A stretch of 63,632 nucleotides of DNA, filler included, from Octopus bimaculoides (GCF_001194135.2; 5 parts of 5 records of this genome joined end to end with filler, not necessarily neighbours in it), one strand, 5' to 3'. Positions 23,725-36,804 are shown, counted from the first letter of the whole stretch. The notes: generated by a model from the sequence alone, not told the origin. Made by a program: numbers and translations.

Positions 23725-24105
23725 CTACCGTTCCATCGAGTAGACTGTCATAGACCTTTATGCATCGCTGGTCACAATGCACCTACATTCTTCACTTCAG
23801 TGCATCCTTCTCTTCAACTTAGGTTCAAATTCCAGGACTATAACTTTTATCCATCATCCGAGTGACTTTTTTTCCCTGATCTCTCGGATTCTACTTGACA
23901 ACTGCAAGGGTTCCCTTGTTGTCTGTGAACTTTGCAACGTGTCTAGCCCAGCAGAACTTGTGCATTTGGTAGTCTAGGATTGCACCATTGACGCCATTCC
24001 AATTGCAACTTCATTTTGGTTATGTACCTTCAAAGATATTCTTTGTAGGAATTTTCCCATGGCCCTTAGTGTTGTAGCTGCCAATCATTGATTTACATGC
24101 ACACA
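23725..24105 (-). mobile_element. Decayed RTE-1-like LINE 3' fragment
   Basis: Minus strand reads TLRAMGKFLQRISLKVHNQNE then, after a frameshift, HKFCWARHVAKFTDNKGTLAVVK*NPRD, resembling RTE KWRWAGHVAR..DNRWT...W.PRD. Confidence 0.6.
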
Positions 24106-24157
24106 AGTGCATATACGTATGTATGTATGTATGTATGTATGTATGTATGTATGTATG

Positions 24158-24350
24158 TCATTATTCAGTTTATACAGTTCTATATTTAAGAGATGAGGAA
24201 TTTATGTACATTATTTACATTTGACGGATATTTGTCCTCATCTTGTTTGTTGTTAACACAACGTTTCGGCTGATATACCCTCCAGCCTTCATCAGGTGTC
24301 TTGGGGGAAATTTCGAACCTGAGTTCTCATTCCTAAGGTATTTTTCGATG
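24158..24350 (-). mobile_element. Penelope-like element terminal (pLTR) fragment
   Basis: It carries a PLE-type hammerhead; a second decayed copy of the same sequence is at 32697-32831. Confidence 0.65.
24255..24300 (-). ncRNA. Minimal type I hammerhead ribozyme motif
   Basis: Reverse complement GACAC-CTGATGA-a-GGCTG gagggtatat CAGCC-GAAA-CGTT-GTGTT: stem I, a 5-bp stem II and a palindromic AACGTT stem III. Confidence 0.75.
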
Positions 24351-24353
24351 TTG

Positions 24354-24694
24354 TTGTTATTATTATTATTATTATTCAGTAGTTTTATTTTTATAACGTG
24401 CTTTCACTTCACTACCGAGCGCAGCTCTGCGTGCTTTGGGTATGTGTTGTGGTTTGCTGTGATGCTCTTATGGTCACTGTATTGAAAGTGTTTTGCGTAG
24501 GATGTGTGCAGTGCCCAGTAGTGCAATTTTCTGTATGTTATATATATTTGTAAGTCCTGGTGTTTTTGTTATGTATTTGTCTGAATATTTTTTTCTTATA
24601 CCTACTATGATAGGAATTGTTTCTGTTTTTAGATTCCACATTCGAGTTACCTCTATTTCCAGGTCTTTGTATTTTGAAAGTTTCTCCATTTCTT
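24354..24694 (-). mobile_element. R4/Dong-like LINE 3' end with (AAT)n tail
   Basis: EKLSKYKDLEIEVTRMWNLKTETIPIIVG...IQKIALLGTAHILRKTLSIQ*, then a 3' UTR and (AAT)n. It is cut by the scaffold spacer. Confidence 0.88.
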
Positions 24695-24794
24695 NNNNNN
24701 NNNNNNNNNNNNNNNNNNNNNNNNNNNNNNNNNNNNNNTTAATTAATTAANNNNNNNNNNNNNNNNNNNNNNNNNNNNNNNNNNNNNNNNNNNN
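24695..24794. other. Artificial scaffold-joining spacer N44-TTAATTAATTAA-N44
   Basis: Exactly 100 bp with stops in all six frames. Identical constructs are at 51308-51407, 60391-60490 and 62253-62352. Confidence 0.95.
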
Positions 24795-24839
<45 letters not shown>

Positions 24840-25619
24840 GTGTGTATATGTATGTATATACGTACTATTATTATTCTTACTATGACTGGTACAGATACAG
24901 AGGTGCATCCAAGCACGCACGCAGAAACATACATACATACATACATACATACACACACAGGTAGACAGACACACAAATGCAAGCAGATACATAAAACCAT
25001 GAATAAGACTGTACGTCAGTGCGTATACTCATGTTCACACCCTTTCGGAAACACAGTAAGACACATCACAAAACAATTGAAATACGTACAAATACACACA
25101 CACACACACACACACGTTGTGCGTGAAAGACCATACACAACCACACTCTCATACATAAGAAAAAGCACAGTGAAAACCATGCAAATACGAGCATGAATTN
25201 NNNNNNNNNTATGACCGCGAGTCCGCTGCCCTAACCACTGGGCCATTGCGCCTCCGCTGGATATACCATATACATATACAAAATATTATAATTAGTAAAC
25301 AATTAAATAAATAAAAAATATATTAAAAAATAAAAATAAATGAAAAATAAATTTAATATAAGAAGCTAAATTCTATGGATGATTCTTATTGGTTTAGTGG
25401 GAGATATGTTGTGATTCAGGATGGATAGAAATTTGAAAAAAAAAAAAGTCGTTGTAGTACTTGACGAATTGGAGCTTACTTATCGACAGTTATTCATTAG
25501 AGTATGTAGGTGCATATTTGGATGCAGTTGACAAGAATAGGAAATGTCAAGTTTTCAGTGGCTATTACGTATTTTAATTGAGCATATATGTGCAGAAAAT
25601 AAATAAAACATGCATATCT

Positions 25620-25983
25620 TATTTGTTTATTGTCCACAAGAGGCTAAACATAGAGGGGACAAACAAGGGCAGACAAAGGGATGAAGTCGATTATATAGAC
25701 CCCAGTGCGTAACTGGTACTTATTTTATCAACCCCGAAAGTATGAAAGACAAAGTCGACCTTGGCAGAATTTGAACTCAGAACGTAGCGGCAGACGAAAT
25801 ACCTATTTCTTTATTGCCCACAACGGGCTAAACATAGAGGGAACAAACAAGGACAGACGAACGGATTAATTCGATTACATCGACTCCAGTGCGTAACTGG
25901 TACTTAATTTATCGACCCCGAAAGGATGAAAGGCAAAGTCGACCTCGGCGGAATTTGAACTCAGAACGTAACGGCAGACGAAA
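25620..25983 (-). mobile_element. Head-to-tail dimer of 5'-truncated SINE family A units
   Basis: Two units of about 180 bp, each starting at TATTTCGTCTGCC on minus. The tail ...AAAGAAATAGG joins directly to the next unit at about 25801-25805. Confidence 0.85.
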
Positions 25984-27057
25984 TATATATATATATATAT
26001 ATATANNNNNNNNNNNNNNNNNNNNNNNNNNNNNNNNNNNNNNNNNNNNNNNNNNNNNNNNNNNNNNNNNNNNNNNNNNNNNNNNNNNNNNNNNNNNNNN
26101 NNNNNNNNNNNNNNNNNNNNNNNNNNNNNNNNNNNNNNNNNNNNNNNNNNNNNNNNNNNNNNNNNNNNNNNNNNNNNNNNNNNNNNNNNNNNNNNNNNNN
26201 NNNNNNNNNNNNNNNNNNNNNNNNNNNNNNNNNNNNNNNNNNNNNNNNNNNNNNNNNNNNNNNNNNNNNNNNNNNNNNNNNNNNNNNNNNNNNNNNNNNN
26301 NNNNNNNNNNNNNNNNNNNNNNNNNNNNNNNNNNNNNNNNNNNNNNNNNNNNNNNNNNNNNNNNNNNNNNNNNNNNNNNNNNNNNNNNNNNNNNNNNNNN
26401 NNNNNNNNNNNNNNNNNNNNNNNNNNNNNNNNNNNNNNNNNNNNNNNNNNNNNNNNNNNNNNNNNNNNNNNNNNNNNNNNNNNNNNNNNNNNNNNNNNNN
26501 NNNNNNNNNNNNNNNNNNNNNNNNNNNNNNNNNNNNNNNNNNNNNNNNNNNNNTGAAATTTCAAGACTCACACATGCACGCGCGCGCGCGCGCACACACA
26601 CATACACACACACACACACACACACGTTGTGCGTGAAAGACCATACACAACCACACTCTCATACATAAGAAAAAGCACAGTGAAAACCATGCAAATACGA
26701 GCATGAATTCGAATGAAGAGAAAAAAATCGCAGTTATATTTTGCGTATCACCTTTTGTTCTTTTTCTACGTTTCTGTCTCTTTCACTGTTTCTCTCTTTC
26801 TTTCTCGTAATATATCTCTTCCACACAGACATTACGCCTTCATACAAACGCGTGCTCCTGCACACACACGCATGCACGCGTGCGAAAACACACACACACT
26901 TACACACACAGATATGCACTTACATTTATTTAAGTGTAAATACTCATTATAGGTTCAGTACAATTTTTAAAAAACAACAACAAAAATCCCGCTCATAAAC
27001 ACATGCTTACATACTCTAAGACAGACACGGAGTCAGAAGACACACATACACACACGG

Positions 27058-27133
<76 letters not shown>

Positions 27134-28417
27134 ACACATACACACACGCGTGCTTATAATAATTGGATAAGTGCCTCTCGTTAATCTGACAGATAAAAAA
27201 CATATTTCCCATTAGTTTCATTTAAGTTGAAGTTATACATACAGAATACATACATAGACATGTATGTTTGGTTATATATATATGTATGTATATAAATAAG
27301 TGTGTGTGTTGTGTATATATACATATATAAATGCATGTATCTCGTTGCTCACCTATTCTTCTACTTCCTCCCTTTGTTTCTCCCTCTACCACTCTCTCTC
27401 TCTCTCCCTTACTGCTGCATGGTCACATGCTTCCGGTCACTAATCCTTTTCTTCTTTGGCTATCGCCGAGCAAACACGCGAACTTACTTCGTCCCCATTT
27501 TCAAGTTCGTGCCTCACAGCGTTCATATACAAATAATTTTTCACGTCTGGCCGTATAGCCTTTTCCTTTTGTTTTCCTGTCTTGTTTTTTGTCCGCCACT
27601 ACATTCCACCATGGCACAGGTTTAATTTGTGTATACAAATTTAATTTGCCGTCCATGGGAAGAGCCGTTTTAACGATGCGTCCTGCNNNNNNNNNNNNNN
27701 NNNNNNNNNNNNNNNNNNNNNNNNNNNNNNNNNNNNNNNNNNNNNNNNNNNNNNNNNNNNNNNNNNNNNNNNNNNNNNNNNNNNNNNNNNNNNNNNNNNN
27801 NNNNNNNNNNNNNNNNNNNNNNNNNNNNNNNNNNNNNNNNNNNNNNNNNNNNNNNNNNNNNNNNNNNNNNNNNNNNNNNNNNNNNNNNNNNNNNNNNNNN
27901 NNNNNNNNNNNNNNNNNNNNNNNNNNNNNNNNNNNNNNNNNNNNNNNNNNNNNNNNNNNNNNNNNNNNNNNNNNNNNNNNNNNNNNNNNNNNNNNNNNNN
28001 NNNNNNNNNNNNNNNNNNNNNNNNNNNNNNNNNNNNNNNNNNNNNNNNNNNNNNNNNNNNNNNNNNNNNNNNNNNNNNNNNNNNNNNNNNNNNNNNNNNN
28101 NNNNNNNNNNNNNNNNNNNNNNNNNNNNNNNNNNNNNNNNNNNNNNNNNNNNNNNNNNNNNNNNNNNNNNNNNNNNNTCTCTCATTTTTCATTTTTTTAA
28201 AAATATATATATCATTTTTGTCTTTGTCTCCACCTCACCCCACCCTCTAATAATCCTATTATTTATTTATTTCTCCGAGTACCAAAGAAACATTATACAA
28301 ATTAAATATACTCAGGTTGTTTTCTATTTAGCTTTCCTGACAATCTCTGAAAAGATTAAAAAAAGAAGTTAAACTTTAACGCTTCTGGCGCTTCCCACGT
28401 TCATTAATCTATTACAA

Positions 28418-28464
<47 letters not shown>

Positions 28465-28484
28465 GATGACAGTGAAGACGATGA

Positions 28485-28538
<54 letters not shown>

Positions 28539-28758
28539 ACGATCGAACTTATGATGGTAAATTTTCTCGTAGTTTCTTGTTGTATGTATTCATTTAGAAC
28601 AACCGCAATGATTTTCACTATTTTTACCTTCTATGTATGTATGCATGTATGTATGTATGTATGTATGTATGTATGTATGTATGTATGTATGCATGTATGC
28701 ATGTATGTATGTATCTGTCTATCTATCTATCTATCTATCCAAACGTTTCCTGCTGAGT

Positions 28759-29058
28759 TGTTGTGAGTGTTTATTGAGCGAAAACACCTAGAGCTCTACG
28801 AGGCTCCGGCAGGGGATGGTTGCGAACCCTGCTGTACTCTTTCACCACAACCTTCTCTCAATCTTACTTCCTGTTTCTTTTGTGCCTGTAATTCAAAGCG
28901 TCAGCTGTGTCACGCTGAATATCCCCGAGAACTACGTTAAGGGTACACGTGTCTGTGGAGTGCTCAGCCACTTGCACGTTAATTTCACGAGCAGGCTGTT
29001 CCGTTGATTGGATCAACTGGAACCCTCGATGTCGTAAGCGACGGAGTGCTAACAACAA
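28759..29058 (+). mobile_element. SINE family B (tRNA-derived), 5'-truncated
   Basis: Matches the full copy at 45183-45566 and ends GGAGTGCTAACAACAA. Other fragments are at 25211-25257 and 41630-41778. Confidence 0.85.
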
Positions 29059-29262
29059 TATTATTAAAGCGCAAAATAACTAAATAAACATTAAAAAAAG
29101 GTTCCATAGACATAGTGAAGAATTTTAGGACCAAGGGAGAATATATAAGAACCTGACAGGGTATATGTAAAGTGAAAAAGATAATGAATTTTTAATTTTA
29201 CAAATTCTTATGTAAGCAGTTCATCTGAAATAACTGTCTTAATTTTATGTCTTAAACAGTTG

Positions 29263-29490
29263 TATACTCTTTTACTCTTTTACTTGTTTCAGTCATTTGA
29301 CTGCGGCCATGGTGGAGCACCGCCTTCAGTCGAGCAAATCGATCCAGGACTTATTCTTTGGAAGCCTAGTACTTATTCTATCGGTCTCTTTTGCCGAACT
29401 GCTAAGTTACGGGGACATAAACACACCAGCATCGGTTGTCAAGCGATGTTGGTGGGACAAACACAGACACAAACATATACACACACATAC

Positions 29491-29535
<45 letters not shown>

Positions 29536-29698
29536 GACAGACTTCTTTCAGTTTCCGTCTACCAAATCCACTCACAAGGCCTTGGTCAGCTCGAGGCTAT
29601 AGTAGAAGACACTTGGCCAAGGTGCCACGCAGTGGGACTGAACCCGGGACCATGTGGTTGGTAAGCAAGCTACTTACCACACAGCCACTCCTACGCCT
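29263..29698 (-). mobile_element. CORE-type tRNA-SINE (family C), full length
   Basis: tRNA-like head GGCGTAGGAGTGGCTGTGTGGTAAGTAGC...GGTTCAGTCCC, a CORE-like CCTTGG.CAAGTGTCTTC, an internal (TA)n and an (AAAAGAGT)n tail. Confidence 0.9.
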
Positions 29699-31370
29699 GT
29701 ATGTATAAGAATTTTTAGAAACTTATCAGCGAGGGGCGCTTTCAAATTTAAAGACGGTTGGAATTTCTCCTATTTGCTCGAATTGGTTCACCTTTTGATT
29801 AAGCATTTAGAAAATTCTGAAAAATATAACAGGGAAGGTAAAAGTTCAATTTCAATTGAAATAATTATCGATAGGTGTGTTTTGTTCCAGAAAACAAATA
29901 TTTTGTTCCACTCCGATGTTGTGGTCTACATTACTTATAAGCCATAGAGACTGGGTAACGGTCCTTCTGAATTCAAAGGGAACTTACTATCAGTAAAAAG
30001 ATTATCAGAAGCAGTAGATTAACAATCTTGCTGAGATGAAATTTTCCTTTCATCCACCTGGACTTAATGGAACTAAGTACCAGTCAAGCACCGAGGTAGA
30101 TTTAATAAATTATGTCCGTTCATATTCCATCGAAGATTGTGTGGATTTGTAGTAATGTTAGAAATCACGCTGTGGATTTGTAGTAATGTTAGAAATCACG
30201 CTGTGGATTACCAGACAGGCAACAGCTGAAGGGAAAACGCGTCGATTTCTCTCCAGAAAATAGGGAGTTTGTATCAGTTGACTGATGCTGAGAAGTCTCA
30301 TATTCTGGGTAAAGCATAGAGCGCCCTGCATTTGTTGTACATATAGTTATGTCTTAATCCAAATAGGTTGTGTGGCATCTAAAACCATTGCTGGACATGG
30401 GTAATAAGGGGCTTAGAAGACTTATGGAAGGCTGTATTAGACATTATCACATTAAAATAACTAGTTGTTCTCAGATCTGAAGCATGATACGAATGTTTGA
30501 AAGTGAGTGAACACCTGCTAATGGGATCCGAAGAGCTAAATAATAAGATCTACGAAGGGCGATGGATTATGTTCAAGCCGGTAACAAGAAAAAATATTGA
30601 GAAAACGATTTCATTTATTAATTTACTAGGCATACATACATGTAACTCCACCTAAATTAGTCCCCCTCATGATGCTAAGGGTTTGCTTTACTCCTCAAGG
30701 TAGGCTAGCAGTTTGGCGAGGGTGGTGTTTTTTTTAGATATGTAGGTAAAATTTGACTCAGAACGTAGAGAGAGGCAAATGCTACAAGACATTCCGTTTG
30801 ACATTCTTAAAGCTCCGCCAACCCCCGGCACTGAATTGGCGCTTACTTTTTATCAATCGAAAGGATGAAAGGCAAAGACGACTTGAGTGCTATAGGATCT
30901 CAGAGTGCAGATAGAAAATAATTCCGCAAAGAAAGCTATCCTATTCGTCTAACGATTCCGCCATCTTCTCCATCAGCCGTACACACTTGGAATTTATATG
31001 TAACACGATAAGTTACAGTGAATTTGCACATAAAACATTATTCATTATTGTTTACGTCGCCAAGAAAATGAAATATAGAAAATGGATTACGTAGTGATAT
31101 CTCATACATTTCAATGACGTAAACTGAATGAAATATACTCAAATAAGGTAATATGATATTAAATTGTTACTCACATATCACGCATTTAGTTTTTATGTTT
31201 TTGTGATAAATTTTCTAGCATAATAACAACGATTTATATAAGTTCTGGTAACAAATGTTTTCAACAAAAATTCAATAGCAGATTATTTGATATAAACAGC
31301 CTAAGGAAAATACAAACACAAGAGCACATTCATGCATACAGGTCAATATATATTTACGTGTATACAAGCA

Positions 31371-31438
<68 letters not shown>

Positions 31439-32244
31439 GATCTATTTATCTGTCTGTCTCTCTGTCGATCCTCCCTGTTTCTCTTTCTCTCTCTCTATCA
31501 TACATACATACATACATANNNNNNNNNNNNNNNNNNNNNNNNNNNNNNNNNNNNNNNNNNNNNNNNNNNNNNNNNNNNNNNNNNNNNNNNNNNNNNNNNN
31601 NNNNNNNNNNNNNNNNNNNNNNNNNNNNNNNNNNNNNNNNNNNNNNNNNNNNNNNNNNNNNNNNNNNNNNNNNNNNNNNNNNNNNNNNNNNNNNNNNNNN
31701 NNNNNNNNNNNNNNNNNNNNNNNNNNNNNNNNNNNNNNNNNNNNNNNNNNNNNNNNNNNNNNNNNNNNNNNNNNNNNNNNNNNNNNNNNNNNNNNNNNNN
31801 NNNNNNNNNNNNNNNNNNNNNNNNNNNNNNNNNNNNNNNNNNNNNNNNNNNNNNNNNNNNNNNNNNNNNNNNNNNNNNNNNNNNNNNNNNNNNNNNNNNN
31901 NNNNNNNNNNNNNNNNNNNNNNNNNNNNNNNNNNNNNNNNNNNNNNNNNNNNNNNNNNNNNNNNNNNNNNNNNNNNNNNNNNNNNNNNNNNNNNNNNNNN
32001 NNNNNNNNNNNNNNNNNNNNNNNNNNNNNNNNNNNNNNNNNNNNNNNNNNNNNNNNNNNNNNNNNNNNNNNNNNNNNNNNNNNNNNNNNNNNNNNNNNNN
32101 NNNNNNNNNNNNNNNNNNNNNNNNNNNNNNNNNNNNNNNNNNNNNNNNNNNNNNNNNNNNNNNNNNNNNNNNNNNNNNNNNNNNNNNNNNNNNNNNNNNN
32201 NNNNNNNNNNNNNNNNNNNNNNNNNNNNNNNNNNNNNNNNNNNN

Positions 32245-32277
<33 letters not shown>

Positions 32278-32827
32278 GTCATTTTCTTTAGAAAATAACA
32301 ATAGACAAACACAATCCAAATATGCAAAATTTATATTAAAAGTCAGGGTACTATATATAATTGTTTACTTGAAAGAAAATTTTAAATTCTCCGAAATCAC
32401 ACATCTCGCGCTATATGTAAATGTTACATATTCAGCTCAACAGACGCGCACGGAGAGGTAAATATATTTTCAAAAATAGTTAATGTAGTAAGCCTAGCTG
32501 ATGAGTTTTAAGTGTCAATTCGGACAGAAAGCGAAATCAAATGATACTAGTATATCTACCCTCCTCTTTGTAGTTTTACAAATGGAACAACCATTTTTCT
32601 AAATGAATTTGCTACTTTTCCGAGTGTGTTTACATATAGTAAGAGATGTGTGGTTTTGTAGAATGTTTACTCTTCTTTCAAACAAGCAGGTACCTAATAC
32701 ATTCTATATTTAAGAGATGAGGAATTCTGTACATTATTTACATTATTTACATTCGACGGATATTTGTCCTCAGCTTGTTTGTTGATATCACAACGTTTCG
32801 GCTGATATACCCTCCAGCCTTCTTCAA

Positions 32828-33030
32828 GCGTCCCCCCAACATCGCTTGACAACCGATGGTGGTGTGTTTACGTCCCTGTAACTTAGCAGTTCGGCAAAAG
32901 AGACCGATAGATTAAGTACTAGGCTTCCAAAGAATAAGTCCTGGGGTCGATTTACTCGATTAAAGGCGGTGCTCCAGCATGGCCGCAGTCAAATGACTGA
33001 AACAAGTAAAAGAGTAAACAAGAGTAAAAG
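32828..33030 (+). mobile_element. CORE-type SINE family C, 3' half
   Basis: Matches the 3' half of the full copies and truncates the PLE pLTR fragment on its left. Confidence 0.85.
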
Positions 33031-33686
33031 AATATACAATGGGTATAGAGGCATACACCCAAACTTCATATCGAGGCTCCAAACTTTTTTTGTATTGGCC
33101 ACTCATACGGATAACGATAAAAAATTGGCAACTCAGAATTTATCACAATCTAAATAACACTAATTTATTTCTTCGAAATTCTCATTATCTTCATCGTTTT
33201 TATCCACAGTGCAAACTGTTCTACTACATTAGTTTCATTCTATCCCTCTGGAGAAAGCGGTGGGGAGAGTTTTTGTCTCTGGCAATTTCTTTTAAAATTA
33301 GAATATATGTAAAAAAACAAAATCAAGAAAAAAATAAAATAAAGGAAAAGGGAAGAAGAAATAAAAGATAGAGAAAAGAAATAAGGACCCAGAAGAAAAT
33401 TTTCTGGTATAAAATATAGGAGGAATGTGTATGAGGAATACATTCGGATCAGTGATATCGACCTATATTTTTCTTGTTTTTGTTTGGAAAAATTTCACCT
33501 CCTCAAATCTTAAAGTTACAACTACTTGTATGTATGCATGTATGTATGTATGTATGTATGTATGCACGTATGCATGTATGTATGTATGTATGTATGTATG
33601 TATGTGTGTATCTATGTATCTATGTATGTATGCATGTATGCGTTTATGTACGTATGTACATAAGTGTTCATGTAAGTAAGTATATA

Positions 33687-33731
<45 letters not shown>

Positions 33732-34859
33732 NNNNNNNNNNNNNNNNNNNNNNNNNNNNNNNNNNNNNNNNNNNNNNNNNNNNNNNNNNNNNNNNNNNNN
33801 NNNNNNNNNNNNNNNNNNNNNNNNNNNNNNNNNNNNNNNNNNNNNNNNNNNNNNNNNNNNNNNNNNNNNNNNNNNNNNNNNNNNNNNNNNNNNNNNNNNN
33901 NNNNNNNNNNNNNNNNNNNNNNNNNNNNNNNNNNNNNNNNNNNNNNNNNNNNNNNNNNNNNNNNNNNNNNNNNNNNNNNNNNNNNNNNNNNNNNNNNNNN
34001 NNNNNNNNNNNNNNNNNNNNNNNNNNNNNNNNNNNNNNNNNNNNNNNNNNNNNNNNNNNNNNNNNNNNNNNNNNNNNNNNNNNNNNNNNNNNNNNNNNNN
34101 NNNNNNNNNNNNNNNNNNNNNNNNNNNNNNNNNNNNNNNNNNNNNNNNNNNNNNNNNNNNNNNNNNNNNNNNNNNNNNNNNNNNNNNNNNNNNNNNNNNT
34201 ATATATATATATATATATATCCATACACATATGTATACACACACACATGTATGTACATATGTGTATATGCGAAAACATGCGTAGGTTTACATGTATACAT
34301 ACGCATATATAAACATGTATATGTAAATGTTTACACACACATTATTTAGACATATAACTACATACGCACGTATGTGTGTGTATATGTGTGTATTAAAATG
34401 ACACTGTCATACAGTGTTATTTATTTATTTATTCATTTACTTATCTATTTACTTCGAGCGAAACCTTCACTCTGGCAACCCGTCAACCGACTAATTGAAA
34501 ATTCAGATCGTCTCTTATTGTATTGTTGAGCCGTCATGTATGTTTGTTCATGCACACACACACATATACCACAAACACAAGCACACACATACACGCATAC
34601 ATGCACACATATAAAGTGCGCTTACATATAAGAAAGCATGTGTGTATTCATGTACATTTGTATATGTAGGTATATAAATACACGTGCACTGATACACTTT
34701 TGTGCATTATATAAAATTAATTATCGATGCTCTGATAAGTGCTTCTTCGATATTTTCGTTTGTTGTAACTGAAGGTACGCCTCTCTAAATTATACAGATT
34801 TTATGATATGTAACTGAATAAACGAAACAAGTTGAAATATGTATGTATGTACGTATGTA

Positions 34860-34965
34860 TGTCATTGTTCAGTTTTATTTCAAGATTTCTAGCTAATAGA
34901 GAAAGAGTCGGTTTCTTACCTACATCCAAGGCTCCCTCTTTGGAATTTCAACATGAACAGCAACG
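34860..34965 (-). mobile_element. Short interspersed repeat embedded in (TATG)n, possibly a PLE terminal fragment; second copy at 63190-63297 (+)
   Basis: Two copies share GTTGAAATTCC...GCCTTGGAT.TAGGT.AGAAACCG..TCTTTCTCTATT...GAAATCTTGAAATAAA, both flanked by TACA/TATG repeats. Confidence 0.55.
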
Positions 34966-35415
34966 TGTTTTTGTATGTATGTATGTATGTATGTATGTAT
35001 GTATGTGTGCAGATTCGTATGCTTTGTTTTATGTATGTATTCTCATGCATATAGTTGTATATCTAGACATGCTCCTATATATTTAAATGATTGACATCTG
35101 GAAAGTTTTAGAGAATTTTACAGTTCCAGTGATGGATTGGATCTGTATTCTTCGAATCAGCTTTCTACTTTCTGGTTTTGAGAAGCCTAGTATGTAAGTA
35201 TGTATGTATGTATGTATGTATGTATAGATGGATGGATGGATGGATGGATGGATGATTGGCAGTAGGGATGGCAGTTGACTCTCCTGTGTTCTTTTGTCCT
35301 CTGACGAGTCTGGTTTATGGACACGATGGCATGAAAACCAAGACCCGTGAGAGGAAGGATGAACGCAGAGGAGTCAGCGGTCAAGAAATTACGTGATATA
35401 TATATATATATATAT

Positions 35416-35710
35416 ATATAATACAAATTGGGACAAGAACGCAAAACATCCAGATAGTTAGGTGATACAAGAAAGGGACAACAAAACACCTAGATAGACA
35501 ATACAAAGAAAACAAGGACAGGTCATTCGAAGTTTTCTTTCATCAGTCGAGTTCCAGATTATCTTTGCAATTTCGGCTGGTTATACTCGATATTGTTCCA
35601 ATCTGGACAGCCCCAAGGAAAAACTAAGCTAATAAGGAAGGAAAAATTTGTAGGCAATTATGCGGATAAGCAAATTAAATATAACAGCTTGCGTTTGATA
35701 TTTAAAATGA
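35416..35710 (-). mobile_element. Probable Penelope-like 3' terminal fragment
   Basis: Contains a degenerate CTGATGA...CGAA motif and abuts (TA)n. The family assignment is from recollection only. Confidence 0.4.
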
Positions 35711-36039
35711 TACATATGTATTCATGCAAACAGAAAGAACCAAAGACTGAAGATTTTCAGACGATGAATATTTAAGTATAGATATATAGATATTTATATA
35801 TTAATAGATCACACTTATACAAAGTATGTACATATGACCACAACCTCTCCCTTTTCTTATTTGTTCCATCTTCCTAAAACTGGCATCGTTGAAAGGTCAC
35901 CAGCCCTTGTGAGAAAATGTGTTTATTTGCAAATATGTTGATAGGTATACAATGGAAAGTAAAAAGAAAGGAGAAAGAAAAAAAGAAAAATGCTTTGTAA
36001 TGAACTTTCAATGAATTGACCACATCAAATTGAAAAGAA

Positions 36040-36109
<70 letters not shown>

Positions 36110-36505
36110 CTCTACCTATCTATCTTTCTATGCTTTTCCCATTCTTTATTATTATATTTTCACCTCTTATTTGATTGTCCTAAAACCCCCCTCTCTCTAT
36201 ATATATATTTATATATATACCCCTCTTTGCTTTTCTTTCTATATCTCCCCCTTTTTTTTAAACAAAGCAAAAAGACATACTATTCATATAAATTCACAAA
36301 GAAACATTCTGCTTTTACCATTTTGATTTTGATTTTGTCTTGACAAGTCCGAAAAACGAACGAAAGCGCTAAGGATTATCCAAAATACTAAATGCCTCCT
36401 TTTTCTCGATACACAACATCTGTACACCACATTCAAATCTCTATAAGTACACACATACACACACACACACACACATAATACATACATACATGCATATATA
36501 TATAT

Positions 36506-36539
<34 letters not shown>

Positions 36540-36804
36540 TTATCATTATAAATATACAGGGATTAGCAATTGAGTTGCTTCTCCAACATACTGAAAATTT
36601 AGAAATAGCAGTCAAAGAACTACTGATTCCAAACTACAAATTTTTCTCTAAAGTGGATGGCGATATTTATGGCACACATAGAACAAAAAACCGGAGGGAA
36701 AAGCGTAAACAAACCAAGCCTTTAGTTAATTGGATACGAATCGTTTCATGGTTAAGTGAATGGAAATTTCACTATTCCAATCTTCAGCCCAAATATATAT
36801 ATAT

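Noticed and set aside
30140-30209. 31-bp tandem repeat (2.3 units); similar local duplications at 9229-9337 and 21402-21462
   Set aside because: Simple slippage duplications with no spacers, so not CRISPR-like or otherwise structured.
35300-35560. CTGACGA and CTGATGA motifs with stem-like flanks (35300 plus, 35545 minus)
   Set aside because: The GAAA half of the core is missing or altered and stem I is unconvincing.
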